DNA of 29,942 nt. Origin: Infirmifilum sp. (GTDB lineage: Archaea; Thermoproteota; Thermoprotei; Thermofilales; Thermofilaceae). Numbering within the stretch: position 1 is the first letter of the stretch; each line of letters begins with the position of its first letter. The notes under the pieces were generated by a model. That model was not told the origin of the DNA and ran no database searches. It saw nothing but the letters and a program-made list of their open reading frames with translations. The translations under genes and the position numbers were made by a program. The stretch is from positions 1 to 29,942 of the forward strand of contig JBEULP010000096.1 in the NCBI GenBank assembly GCA_041287245.1, given 5' to 3'. Below, in pieces: positions 9,577-18,087 of this stretch.

Positions 9577-9943
9577 GATTAGGCGTTTTAAAATCACATG
9601 TATTGTCTCTCCGCTCGGATGCGAGATTGAAGTGAAAATGGAAGGAGACAAGATCGTCGAGCTAACAGGGTTTAAATGCCCCAGGGGAAAGAATTATGCC
9701 ATAGAGGAGGTAACAGCCCCCAAGAGGGTGGTTATGAGCGTTTTAAAAGTGAAAAATGGTGACTTTCCAACAGTATCAGTAAAGACAGACAGAACGGTTT
9801 CCAAGGAGCTCATACCCGAGATCATGAAAGAGCTAGCTAAGATAGAAGTAGAAGCTCCGATTGAGATCGGACAGGTAATGGTGGAAAACATTGCCAACTC
9901 AGGAGCAAACATCGTGGCTACCCGACCTGTTAAAAAAGTCTGA
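9569..9943 (+). CDS. DUF1667-type small Cys-motif protein (third subunit of the G3P dehydrogenase cluster)
   Basis: TCIVSPLGC...KCPRG..YA..E...PKR, VSVKT, APIEIG, IVATR; GGAGGTGG RBS upstream. Confidence 0.85.
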   Translation: MTEIRRFKITCIVSPLGCEIEVKMEGDKIVELTGFKCPRGKNYAIEEVTAPKRVVMSVLKVKNGDFPTVSVKTDRTVSKELIPEIMKELAKIEVEAPIEIGQVMVENIANSGANIVATRPVKKV

Positions 9944-9966
9944 TTTTCGCCTTCTTCTTTTCTATT
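9944..9966 (+). terminator. Pyrimidine/T-rich tract, possible archaeal terminator
   Basis: ttttcgccttcttcttttctatt immediately after the stop. Confidence 0.35.
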
Positions 9967-9983
9967 CGAATTCAGTACAAATA

Positions 9984-10026
9984 GGAGGTGACTAAGTTGG
10001 AAGACCAAAAATTAGGACAAGCCTAG
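9984..10026 (+). pseudogene. Orphan RBS plus truncated gene start (MEDQKLGQA*)
   Basis: Perfect GGAGGTGA at 9984-9991 and TTG at 9997, but only 9 sense codons. Confidence 0.4.
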
Positions 10027-10049
10027 CCCCTTAGAGCGGGAAGAGGTCG
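10018..10049 (+). mobile_element. Possible degenerate IS200/IS605-family (tnpB-type) right-end remnant
   Basis: caagcctagccccttagagcgggaagaggtc resembles, from memory, the CCTCGCCC-TTTA-GGGCGGGGAGGAGGTC end hairpin of these elements in hyperthermophilic archaea. No transposase is nearby. Confidence 0.4.
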
Positions 10050-10186
10050 TAAAAAGGGCCGCGGTGGTTCATAATGATCCTGCGGCAGCACCTTCATTGG
10101 ATCAGTGAGGGTGAAGCCAGCAAACCGCAGAACAGTGAGCCGCCCCTCCAGAGCGTGGCATCAGAAAGGAATGGGTTGAAAGTCGA

Positions 10187-11314
10187 TTAGGCCGCAACAT
10201 CTACGGGGGAGCCCGTTAGGCTTGACCTGTAAAAACCGTCCAGCAAAACCTGGCTGCGAAGGCCGTCCTTGAGATCTGGTACCGGGCTCTCTTTTATCCC
10301 AGCTACGTTCTCAAGGAAATGTTTCAGCAGGATCAGGTACGAGTAGACCCAGCCCTCGAAGCTCTTCGGAGCTGGCCACGTGAGCCAGGGGTAGGTCTCC
10401 TCGAACCCCCCTGTGATCTTCTCGGTTCGGCTGTTTTCCCGTTTAAACAAGTAGAGGGTCTGAGGCTCCGCTATAGTAAACCTAATCCCCCCCTTCGAAC
10501 CATAGATCTCTATGCGCATTTGTTCCTCAAAGCCAGGTGAGACCTTAGACGCTTCGACGCTCCCCGCGGCACCCGATTCATATTCAACTATCGCGAAGCC
10601 AAGGTCCTCTGTGTCAACCCTTACTCTCTGCTTCGACGCGGGATCCCACCTCTCCTTTAGGAGTGTATATCCCCTCCCCCAGATCCTGTTTATCCTCTGA
10701 AGCGTTAGGTACTCTGCGAGGTCGAGCGCATGAACCCCCAGATCTGCTAAAACGCCACCCCCAGCCTCTCGCTTATTCATCCTCCACTCGTAAGGTGTAT
10801 CCTCATAGGCGTGTTTAGCATGGGCTATGACAGCTCTAAACTCGCGGATCTCCCCGATCTCGCCTCTGGATATAATGTCGCGCGCCTGGATTGCGGCCGG
10901 GAGGAAACGCGATACGAGGCATATAGCACCCCTCCTTCCGAGCTTTTCAGCTCTAGCCACCACTTCACGGGCCTCCTCTAAGGAGACAGCAAAGGGCTTT
11001 TCCACGACGATGTCGGAGCCAGACTCTAAGGCTCTAACTGCATATGGAGCATGAGTGTTGTTTGTCGACGAGATTACCACGACATCGAGATCCCCTTTGA
11101 AAAAGGCCGACTCATCTGTAGTCCACTCTCGAAACCCGTATTGTCTCGCGAAAGCCTCGATCTTTCCGGGGCTTCTACTCATCGCACGGGCCATCTCCAC
11201 TTCCGGGAAGCCTCTCTCCCTCACAGTGAACCTTAAAGCGTTTAAGGCCCACGCGACCGCACCGGCAGACCAGCCCGACCCTATTAGGCCTACTCTCAGC
11301 TTCACCCCCAACAC
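10187..11314 (-). CDS. Gfo/Idh/MocA-family NAD(P)-dependent sugar oxidoreductase
   Basis: VGLIGSG, NNTH, VVEKP, GGGVLADLGVHALD, IYGSKG. Confidence 0.92.
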   Translation of the reverse strand: MLGVKLRVGLIGSGWSAGAVAWALNALRFTVRERGFPEVEMARAMSRSPGKIEAFARQYGFREWTTDESAFFKGDLDVVVISSTNNTHAPYAVRALESGSDIVVEKPFAVSLEEAREVVARAEKLGRRGAICLVSRFLPAAIQARDIISRGEIGEIREFRAVIAHAKHAYEDTPYEWRMNKREAGGGVLADLGVHALDLAEYLTLQRINRIWGRGYTLLKERWDPASKQRVRVDTEDLGFAIVEYESGAAGSVEASKVSPGFEEQMRIEIYGSKGGIRFTIAEPQTLYLFKRENSRTEKITGGFEETYPWLTWPAPKSFEGWVYSYLILLKHFLENVAGIKESPVPDLKDGLRSQVLLDGFYRSSLTGSPVDVAA

Positions 11315-11320
11315 CCTGTT

Positions 11321-11824
11321 TTAGAACTTTAGGCTCCGGATTTTCTCCTCCATGTCCACCGGCTTTGGAGGAAAGTCCGGAAGCTGCTGGTAGTAGAGCT
11401 TCACACCCATATCCAGTATCCTAAGCAGGGCCTTATGATCATCTGGGCCTATGTCGAAGGTTTTTTCGATTTTTACACGGCCAGCCCTGTAGCCCATCTG
11501 TCCTAGAAGCACATACTCAACCCGGACGCCCGACTTCTCGAGGAAGTTTGCAACGTCCACGGGATTCTCGAATAGCAGGAGGACTTTCTCGCTGTTGTTC
11601 ATGGATTTTGCTTTTTGAGCTGCTTCGTCTACTTTGAGAACGGCGACGGAGATCCCGGGCGGGGCTAGCATTATCTGAAGCTGTTTAAGAGCCGGGTTAC
11701 TTGCAATCTTGTCGTTAACCACCCAGATTGAGGTGGCGCCGAACTTTTTGGTCCAGGCGGCTGTAACCTGACCGTGAATAAACCTGTCGTCAATGCGAAT
11801 AAAGATGTTCTGTTTAGAAGACAT
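11321..11824 (-). CDS. PTS mannose/fructose/sorbose-family IIB component
   Basis: RIDDRFIHGQV phospho-His motif; ATG at 11824 follows an AGGTGA RBS. Confidence 0.95.
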   Translation of the reverse strand: MSSKQNIFIRIDDRFIHGQVTAAWTKKFGATSIWVVNDKIASNPALKQLQIMLAPPGISVAVLKVDEAAQKAKSMNNSEKVLLLFENPVDVANFLEKSGVRVEYVLLGQMGYRAGRVKIEKTFDIGPDDHKALLRILDMGVKLYYQQLPDFPPKPVDMEEKIRSLKF

Positions 11825-11841
11825 ACAATTCACCTGCTGAT

Positions 11842-12297
11842 TTAGCTTTTAACCTTTTTGATAAGTTGTCTAATAAGTGATTTCTCCTCGGACTTCCCCT
11901 CAGCAGCAATTTCTTGAAGCTCTTTTCCAACAAAGCCTCTAACCCCCTCCCTCCCAGCCTTCCAGACGCTGGACATAAGTTGTTGAAAGTCCCCCGTGTC
12001 GTTCGATAGGAGCTCAATCACCATAGCCATGTTGAACCCTGTCAGGACTGCCCTAGCTTTTCCCTCCTGTAGAAGCATGAGCGCAGCTCTGCTTGGAGTT
12101 CCCCCAAACAGGTCTACGAGGATAACTGTGTCATTACCTGCAACTTTTGCTAGCTTGTCATAGTAATTCTCAAGGCTTTCGCCCTCGACTAGCTCTACAC
12201 ACGTGGCTTTTTCACGGACGGAAACGCCTAGAATCATTGCCACTGCGTTGATCATCTCACACCCGAGATTACCGTGAGAAGCCAGGACGACCCTCAA
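11842..12297 (-). CDS. PTS mannose-family IIA component
   Basis: VVLASHG (phospho-His), LVDLFGGTP, TGFNMAM. Confidence 0.95.
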   Translation of the reverse strand: MRVVLASHGNLGCEMINAVAMILGVSVREKATCVELVEGESLENYYDKLAKVAGNDTVILVDLFGGTPSRAALMLLQEGKARAVLTGFNMAMVIELLSNDTGDFQQLMSSVWKAGREGVRGFVGKELQEIAAEGKSEEKSLIRQLIKKVKS

Positions 12298-12304
12298 GCC
12301 CCGT

Positions 12305-13189
12305 TCACCTCAAATGTGACATAGCAATCCGCTTATAAGTGTGTCTAACCCCGCGGACAGCAACCGAAAGCTCGAGTATATTTTCAGGAACAGCAATCCC
12401 CATCGAGTACCCAGAGTCGCCGATGTGGTGAATATCGCACCCACATTCTTTAGAGTGGAGAGCAATATACCTTATTACCTCTCTTTGCGCACCTTCTTGA
12501 GATGTCCCAATAGTGCACATTGCTAGGGAATCATATTTTTCAGCAAGGGCAACAGCCTTTGAAACACTTTCAGGAGTAGCGCCTGGGACGGTAAAGGGGG
12601 CTGGTACCAGGATGCCGTCAGCGCCTCTCACCAGGACCTCCTCTATTAAGCTTAGATCAAACATTTTTTCAGTCTTTAAGCCTCCGCTGTGCATTTTTCC
12701 GCCGAACAATAACGCCTTATCTTGTACCACCTGTCTAGCTTTATCGACGCCCTCAGCTATCCGCCTCCACGTGACCCCTAAACCAGGGTTCCCTGTAACA
12801 ACAATCAAGCGTGAACCGAGCTTCAAGCTTCCAAGGATGGTGTCCTCGGATAATCTTCTCCCCTCTGGTATTAAGCCCGCCTCTACAGGCTCAAGGTTAT
12901 TCCCGACGAAACGCTGGGTAAACTGGGATATTCCCCTAATTGTAGCGTATTCACTAGGTACACCCTCGACCTTAGGGTTTAGAACATCATACATGTTCAA
13001 GATTATAATATCCGCACCAAACCTCGCCGCCAGCTCTACGTTTGACGTACCGTCTACAAGCGGAGTAGACGTTGCTACCACCTCAACCGCAACTACCCTA
13101 CCCTCAGAAGATTTAACCGCTTCTTTGAAGCCTTTTGGCTCAATATGTTCGAGATCCTTCCCAGTTAGATCTAAGACCCTTTTCGGCAT
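12305..13189 (-). CDS. Conserved uncharacterised TIM-barrel-like protein of PTS loci
   Basis: Alternating beta/alpha pattern with GADIIILN, GNNLEP, TGNPG, GKMHSGG, GADGILVPAP, GTSQEGA, HHIGDSG and RGVRHTY. First gene of the IIA-IIB-oxidoreductase operon. Confidence 0.7.
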   Translation of the reverse strand: MPKRVLDLTGKDLEHIEPKGFKEAVKSSEGRVVAVEVVATSTPLVDGTSNVELAARFGADIIILNMYDVLNPKVEGVPSEYATIRGISQFTQRFVGNNLEPVEAGLIPEGRRLSEDTILGSLKLGSRLIVVTGNPGLGVTWRRIAEGVDKARQVVQDKALLFGGKMHSGGLKTEKMFDLSLIEEVLVRGADGILVPAPFTVPGATPESVSKAVALAEKYDSLAMCTIGTSQEGAQREVIRYIALHSKECGCDIHHIGDSGYSMGIAVPENILELSVAVRGVRHTYKRIAMSHLR

Positions 13190-13281
13190 ATCTCAACAAC
13201 TTTTTACTTTATATCAATGGCATATAATATTAGCTTAAAACGAAACATTTATATAAAAAAAAAGTGTCGCAAATTTATTGT
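13190..13281. promoter_or_regulatory. Divergent archaeal promoter region
   Basis: AT-rich; CGAAAC followed by TTTATATA at about 13241-13255 upstream of ATG 13282, with TATA-like sequence on the minus strand upstream of 13189. Confidence 0.65.
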
Positions 13282-14883
13282 ATGACAACAATAGGACCAG
13301 TAGAAGTGGGAATTCTCGGACTCCTAGCCTTCATCTTCGGCCTTGACTACATCTGGGTCACACCTCTAGGCATCTGGCGCCCAGTGGTTGCAGGCACGCT
13401 CACAGGCCTGATTCTAGGAGACCCCATTACGGGGTTGGTGGTAGGCTCACTGCTCGAGTTTGTCTTTGCAGGGCTTTTCACCATTGGTGGGGGAACGGTT
13501 CCCGAAGCTGCCACCGGAACAATTGCATCTGTGGTCGTTGCCGTCGCAACGGGGCTTAGGCCGGAGGCCGCAGTTCCTCTAGCCATCCCAGTAGCTGTGT
13601 TAACCATGAACCTCGAAATCGTAGTAAGGTCGTTTGACGCAGTGTTCACTCACTGGGCGGACGCCGAGATAGAGCGCGGAAACTACGATAAAATCCCCCT
13701 CATAAACATCTTAGGCGCGTTTCCTTGGGGGCTTAGCCGCGCCATTCCAATATGGGCGTTCGTAGGTGCACTTGCAATAAACCCCCAGGGAGTAAAGTCC
13801 TTCATCGATGCCCTCCAGGTTGTTCAAATCGGCCCTCTAACGGTAAGGTTCTGGGATGCGATGGCTGTAGCCGGCGCCGTACTGCCGGCGCTAGGTGCTG
13901 CAATAATGATGAAAATGATGCTCTCCAGGGAGACTGTGGCTTTCTACATCCTCGGTTTCGCATTAGCCGCATACCTAAAGCTTAGTCTCCTCGCCATCGC
14001 CCTCGTTGCCGGCTCAATAATCTTTGCGCTATATCTCTTCACCCACAGAGAAGCCTTTGAACAATTAAGGCTGGGGGGTGGTGCCACAACCGCGGGGACA
14101 GCAACCTCAAAGGACTTCTTCAGATGGTTCGGCCTCTCGTGGTTCATCCAGTCCTCTTGGAACTATGAGAGAATGATGGGTACGGGCTTTGCGCACGGCA
14201 TGCTCGAGATCGAGAAGAAGCTCCGCAAAGATCCGGAGGAGCTTAAGTCTTGGATGAGGCTACACAACGAGTTTTACAACACAGAACCACACGTCCACAA
14301 CGCAATCTATGGTATGGTTATATCTCTAGAGGAACAGGGCGCAGACCAGGACGTCATACGAGGCGTCAAGACAGCCTTAATGGGGCCTTTCGCCGGACTT
14401 GGAGACTCAATGCTGTGGTTCACTATACTCCCCATCGCCTTCCTCCTCGGGGCATCGCTGGGGGTTGAGAGAAACCTACTAGGACCACTCGTAGCGTTGG
14501 TGATCTGGATACCTGTCTCCTGGGCTATCAAGTACTACAGTCTCGTATACGGCTACAAGTACGGTTTATCGCTCTCAGAGGTGCTAAAGGGAGACGTCCT
14601 TAAGATCTTCCGGGAAGCCGTAATGGCCTTTGCAATGGCCGTAATAGGAGGGATTACCGCAACCTACGTCCGAGCAACTACGCCGATTATTCTCGCACAG
14701 TATGCTGGCCACGCGATTAAGCTACAGCCAATACTTGACCAGCTTATGCCCTCACTACTCCCATTGCTCTTCACACTCTTCACCTACTGGCTAATCAAGA
14801 ATAAGGGCTACAGCTACGGGAAAGCAGTGATAGTCCTCTTCCTACTCGCCTTCGTCCTCGCAATCCTAGGAGTCCTCGGATAA
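13282..14883 (+). CDS. Fused PTS mannose-family IIC-IID permease
   Basis: IIC motifs RPVVAGTLTGLILGD..GSLLE and GAVLPALG, then IID motifs QSSWNYERMMGTGF, HNEFYNTEP and KTALMGPFAGLGDS in one ORF. Confidence 0.95.
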   Translation: MTTIGPVEVGILGLLAFIFGLDYIWVTPLGIWRPVVAGTLTGLILGDPITGLVVGSLLEFVFAGLFTIGGGTVPEAATGTIASVVVAVATGLRPEAAVPLAIPVAVLTMNLEIVVRSFDAVFTHWADAEIERGNYDKIPLINILGAFPWGLSRAIPIWAFVGALAINPQGVKSFIDALQVVQIGPLTVRFWDAMAVAGAVLPALGAAIMMKMMLSRETVAFYILGFALAAYLKLSLLAIALVAGSIIFALYLFTHREAFEQLRLGGGATTAGTATSKDFFRWFGLSWFIQSSWNYERMMGTGFAHGMLEIEKKLRKDPEELKSWMRLHNEFYNTEPHVHNAIYGMVISLEEQGADQDVIRGVKTALMGPFAGLGDSMLWFTILPIAFLLGASLGVERNLLGPLVALVIWIPVSWAIKYYSLVYGYKYGLSLSEVLKGDVLKIFREAVMAFAMAVIGGITATYVRATTPIILAQYAGHAIKLQPILDQLMPSLLPLLFTLFTYWLIKNKGYSYGKAVIVLFLLAFVLAILGVLG

Positions 14884-14893
14884 AATAAATTTT

Positions 14894-15574
14894 TTATAAT
14901 CTTTTTTCTTCCCCTAGAATTTTTTCAATAGCCTCTACAACCCCTTCCCCATAACTCTTATTTGTGATGAGATCAGCTTCGCCCTTCAACTTATCATTGG
15001 CGTTCGCGACTGCAACCTTAACACTCGCCGCCCGGAAGAGAGGCAGGTCGGAGGGGCTGTCGCCGATAGCGACGATTTGGTGGTCCTCCCAGCCCGTGAG
15101 TCTGAGAAGTCTCCTGAGCCCGACCTCTTTATCCAGATTCTTGGGCGCGAAGACATGAGTCCTTGAGCCAACTTTTTTAATCTCGATGGGATCATAATGA
15201 GCTATCTCAGCTAGTGTGTCCAACGCTTGAGGGAGAGATTCTTCGTCGAAGTAGTATAATAATTCTCCCCGGTTCACCGCCGGGATTCTCGCGGACAACA
15301 TACTTATGATGTCGTTCCAACGCCTCGACTTGAATACTATTAGATCCATGGGAGGAAGGAACAGGACGCCGCCCAGCTCAAGGATCAATGCGTCGAAGAT
15401 GTCTAAGCTTGTGAAGTTCTCGATATCATTGAGGGGTCTTGCTGTAGCCAGGACAAACTTAAACATGGACTGGCTCTTCAGAATAGAAATCCGCGTTAAA
15501 ACGCTCTTTTCGGGCGGGTTATTCTCCCGTGCTAGAGTCCCGTCGTAGTCTACTACGAAAAGCAACCGACTCAT
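14894..15574 (-). CDS. HAD-IIB (Cof/SPP/PGP-like) phosphatase
   Basis: DYDGTL, ATAR, DKEVG, IGDSPSD, VANA. Confidence 0.9.
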   Translation of the reverse strand: MSRLLFVVDYDGTLARENNPPEKSVLTRISILKSQSMFKFVLATARPLNDIENFTSLDIFDALILELGGVLFLPPMDLIVFKSRRWNDIISMLSARIPAVNRGELLYYFDEESLPQALDTLAEIAHYDPIEIKKVGSRTHVFAPKNLDKEVGLRRLLRLTGWEDHQIVAIGDSPSDLPLFRAASVKVAVANANDKLKGEADLITNKSYGEGVVEAIEKILGEEKRL

Positions 15575-15644
15575 AGACTCCCTCTACTCTGACTCTAAGG
15601 CGAATTTATTTACTTCACGGTTAGAACTCCCCGTCTTATAGTCT

Positions 15645-16373
15645 TTAAATTTGGAGTAAGGTTACCAACTCTAACCCTTCGGGTGCCACCTCACGCCACG
15701 TGTCTCCCACGGCGACCATAGAGAAACCGGCTACCGGAACCCCCCGTGCCTCGTCAACCATGTTGAAAAGCGCCTTCAGTGTTCTTCCCGTCCTGAAGAG
15801 GTCGTCGGCTATCAGCACCCTGTCTCCGCGCTTCAAGGCGTCTGCTGGGAGGTAGAGGTGAACATAGCTTGGAGGGTCCTGGAGGAAGACTCCGGTCTCA
15901 AGGTATTTCAGGCTGGGGCTCTCCCTCTCCCGCCTAGCGACCCCCAGCCTCGCCCCTAGGGAAGAGGCAACCAGGGATGCGAGCGGAACCCCGTTTGTAG
16001 CAGCAGTAACGACCACGTCAACCTTCCCCCTGAACAGTAGGAAGGCGACCGAGGAGGCAAGCTGCACGAGGTCGAGGTTGTAGGCGATCAGCGGCACATT
16101 GACAACTCCCTGAGGGTCAACTTCCACCGCCTTTCTGAAAACCCTTTCAACTAGGCCCTGGGTATAAATTCCCCTTAAAATCTGGTAGGCCTTTTCCGCG
16201 GTAGGCAACACGGAACCGCTGAGATACCTGCTAAGGTCAACAGGCGAGACCTCAACCCCAGCTTCACCCAGAACCTCTATTATCTCCCTCGGAGCGATAT
16301 ACGCTCTAACTGCACGCAGAGCTCTATGGCATATTACCCTGGCAATGTGGTCTTCAACCCTAGGGCCGCTCAT
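15645..16373 (-). CDS. HTH + type I phosphoribosyltransferase-domain protein (archaeal PurR/Apt-like regulator)
   Basis: N-terminal VDLSRYLSGSVLP HTH-like segment; TAATNGVPLA; PRPP loop VLIADDLFRTGRT. Confidence 0.78.
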   Translation of the reverse strand: MSGPRVEDHIARVICHRALRAVRAYIAPREIIEVLGEAGVEVSPVDLSRYLSGSVLPTAEKAYQILRGIYTQGLVERVFRKAVEVDPQGVVNVPLIAYNLDLVQLASSVAFLLFRGKVDVVVTAATNGVPLASLVASSLGARLGVARRERESPSLKYLETGVFLQDPPSYVHLYLPADALKRGDRVLIADDLFRTGRTLKALFNMVDEARGVPVAGFSMVAVGDTWREVAPEGLELVTLLQI

Positions 16374-16382
16374 GTTATCATA

Positions 16383-16444
16383 TTCAAGCTAAACATATAT
16401 AAATTTTTCCTTTTAAAATAACAAAAAATTTATATTTACTTGAA
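16383..16444. promoter_or_regulatory. Near-palindromic back-to-back promoter
   Basis: ATATAAATTTTT (16397-16408) and AAAAATTTATAT (16424-16435) form a perfect inverted repeat, with outer TTCAAG/CTTGAA. Each TATA is about 24 nt from a start codon. Confidence 0.75.
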
Positions 16445-16458
16445 AAAAGTCTGTTTTT

Positions 16459-17253
16459 GTGACCACACCAGGAAAAACCAAAAGAAGGGTAACGTGGGCA
16501 CACATAGTCACGTTCATACTAGCAACGGCAATTGCTTACGTGCTCGCAGTCCTATCCTATTTAATATTCCCCGTCCTGGGAGCACCAGGAGTCTCAGCCC
16601 TATACGTGGCAGCTTCAATTTACGTACCCCTGGGTGTTTGGATGGGAGGGTGGGGGGCTCTCGCGGGCTACTTCAGCTGCTTCTTCCTAGGCTTATATCC
16701 TAGCTCGTATACTATCCTCCAATCAGCTATATGGTCAATAGCAGACCTCATCGAGGCGCTAGTACCGGCCCTGCTCTTCCGGCTGCTGCGGGTTGACCCC
16801 GATTTCACCGTCAAGAGGGGTAGGGCGGCGAAGCTTTTCCCTATCTTCGTCTCCCTCGGCTTTATAATTCTTATACTAGGTATCATTATACAGGTTCTAT
16901 GGGGGGCCCTGGGCGAGCCCTTCACAACAATATACGTCGGAAGCGTGTACACGGGTCTAGGGCTCGCTGCAATAGGGGTAGTGCTAGGTTTAATGGTGGG
17001 AGACGCTAAGACATGGGCGACATACATAGCTGGGGTCGTGCTAACATCTCTACTCTCAGGGCTTTGGGGGGCGGCTACTCTAACAATTCTAAATCTCCCG
17101 CCCCCACTCCCACGAGAAGCTTTTTGGCCGGTCTTTACAGGGTGGGTTATAGGGGACCTCATTGTCCTGACAGTCCTCTCCACCGCAATACTCACAGCGT
17201 TAACCCCCGTCTTCAAGCGCACCGGGCTCTACGTAGAGGGATGGTGGGCGTAG
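16459..17253 (+). CDS. Integral membrane protein, probable ECF substrate-binding (S) component
   Basis: About 7-8 hydrophobic segments; first gene of an operon with EcfT and EcfAA'. Confidence 0.7.
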   Translation: MTTPGKTKRRVTWAHIVTFILATAIAYVLAVLSYLIFPVLGAPGVSALYVAASIYVPLGVWMGGWGALAGYFSCFFLGLYPSSYTILQSAIWSIADLIEALVPALLFRLLRVDPDFTVKRGRAAKLFPIFVSLGFIILILGIIIQVLWGALGEPFTTIYVGSVYTGLGLAAIGVVLGLMVGDAKTWATYIAGVVLTSLLSGLWGAATLTILNLPPPLPREAFWPVFTGWVIGDLIVLTVLSTAILTALTPVFKRTGLYVEGWWA

Positions 17254-17256
17254 CCG

Positions 17257-18087
17257 ATGCCAACAATCCTCGAGGAGCTCGCCGGGATATCGACAAGAAA
17301 GACGAGCTATAGCGAGCTGGACGGCATGGTCCGAATACTAATTCCCTTTTTTCTATCCATTAACGTTGTCTTTGTAAAGGATATTTACTCCGCCCTTCTC
17401 CTCTCAACGGCCTCGTTTTGCCTCCTTATCTGGGCAGGGGTCCCCATAAGGCTCCTCAAGACATACATAGCTTTAATTCTCAGCCTATCACTCTTCATCG
17501 TAATCTCCTTCGTGCTCTTCACCCAGGTTCCCGGAAGGACTCTATACGAGACAACACTTTTTAGCATGCACGCCGAGAGGGGGCTCTGGGAGTGGAGGAT
17601 TGTGGTTACAGATACGGCCCTTTTAAAGTCAGCGTTTTTCTTACTCAGGATACTAGCAATGATTTTTATCGCGTCTCTATTCGTAGCAACAGTCTCAGAC
17701 CGCGATATAGTATGGGGGTTAAGGCGTCTCAAAGTGCCCGCGGGGCTGGCGGTCTCCGCAGCCCTCTTCTTCAGGGGTCTAAGCTTCTTCGCCAGCGACT
17801 TTCTCACCGTGAGGGAGGCCATGATGGCGCGAGGCGTGGACTTTGAGAGGACAAGTCTGGTGAGGAGGTTCACCTTATATGCGAACGCCCTAATACCCCT
17901 GCTTTCCCTCATGGTCACCAGGAGCCTAGAGATATCTCTTTCACTGGAGTCCAGGGGAATCGCCCCTTCCACAAGGTTTTCAGTCGCTACAAGGAGCAGC
18001 AGGTTAAACATCCGTGACTACTGCATCCTAATCTTCCTAGCGCTGTTCACCCTTCTCTTCGCCTGGTGGTCAACATGGCAGCCGTAG
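17257..18087 (+). CDS. ecfT: ECF transporter T component
   Basis: Hydrophobic N-terminal half; twin coupling motifs AMMARG and SLESRG. Confidence 0.92.
   Translation: MPTILEELAGISTRKTSYSELDGMVRILIPFFLSINVVFVKDIYSALLLSTASFCLLIWAGVPIRLLKTYIALILSLSLFIVISFVLFTQVPGRTLYETTLFSMHAERGLWEWRIVVTDTALLKSAFFLLRILAMIFIASLFVATVSDRDIVWGLRRLKVPAGLAVSAALFFRGLSFFASDFLTVREAMMARGVDFERTSLVRRFTLYANALIPLLSLMVTRSLEISLSLESRGIAPSTRFSVATRSSRLNIRDYCILIFLALFTLLFAWWSTWQP

Noticed and set aside
12513..13238. 241-aa antisense ORF, and similar shadow ORFs such as 16668-17222, 17385-18011, 25625-26086 and 29558-29878
   Set aside because: They lie opposite well-supported genes and show no motifs
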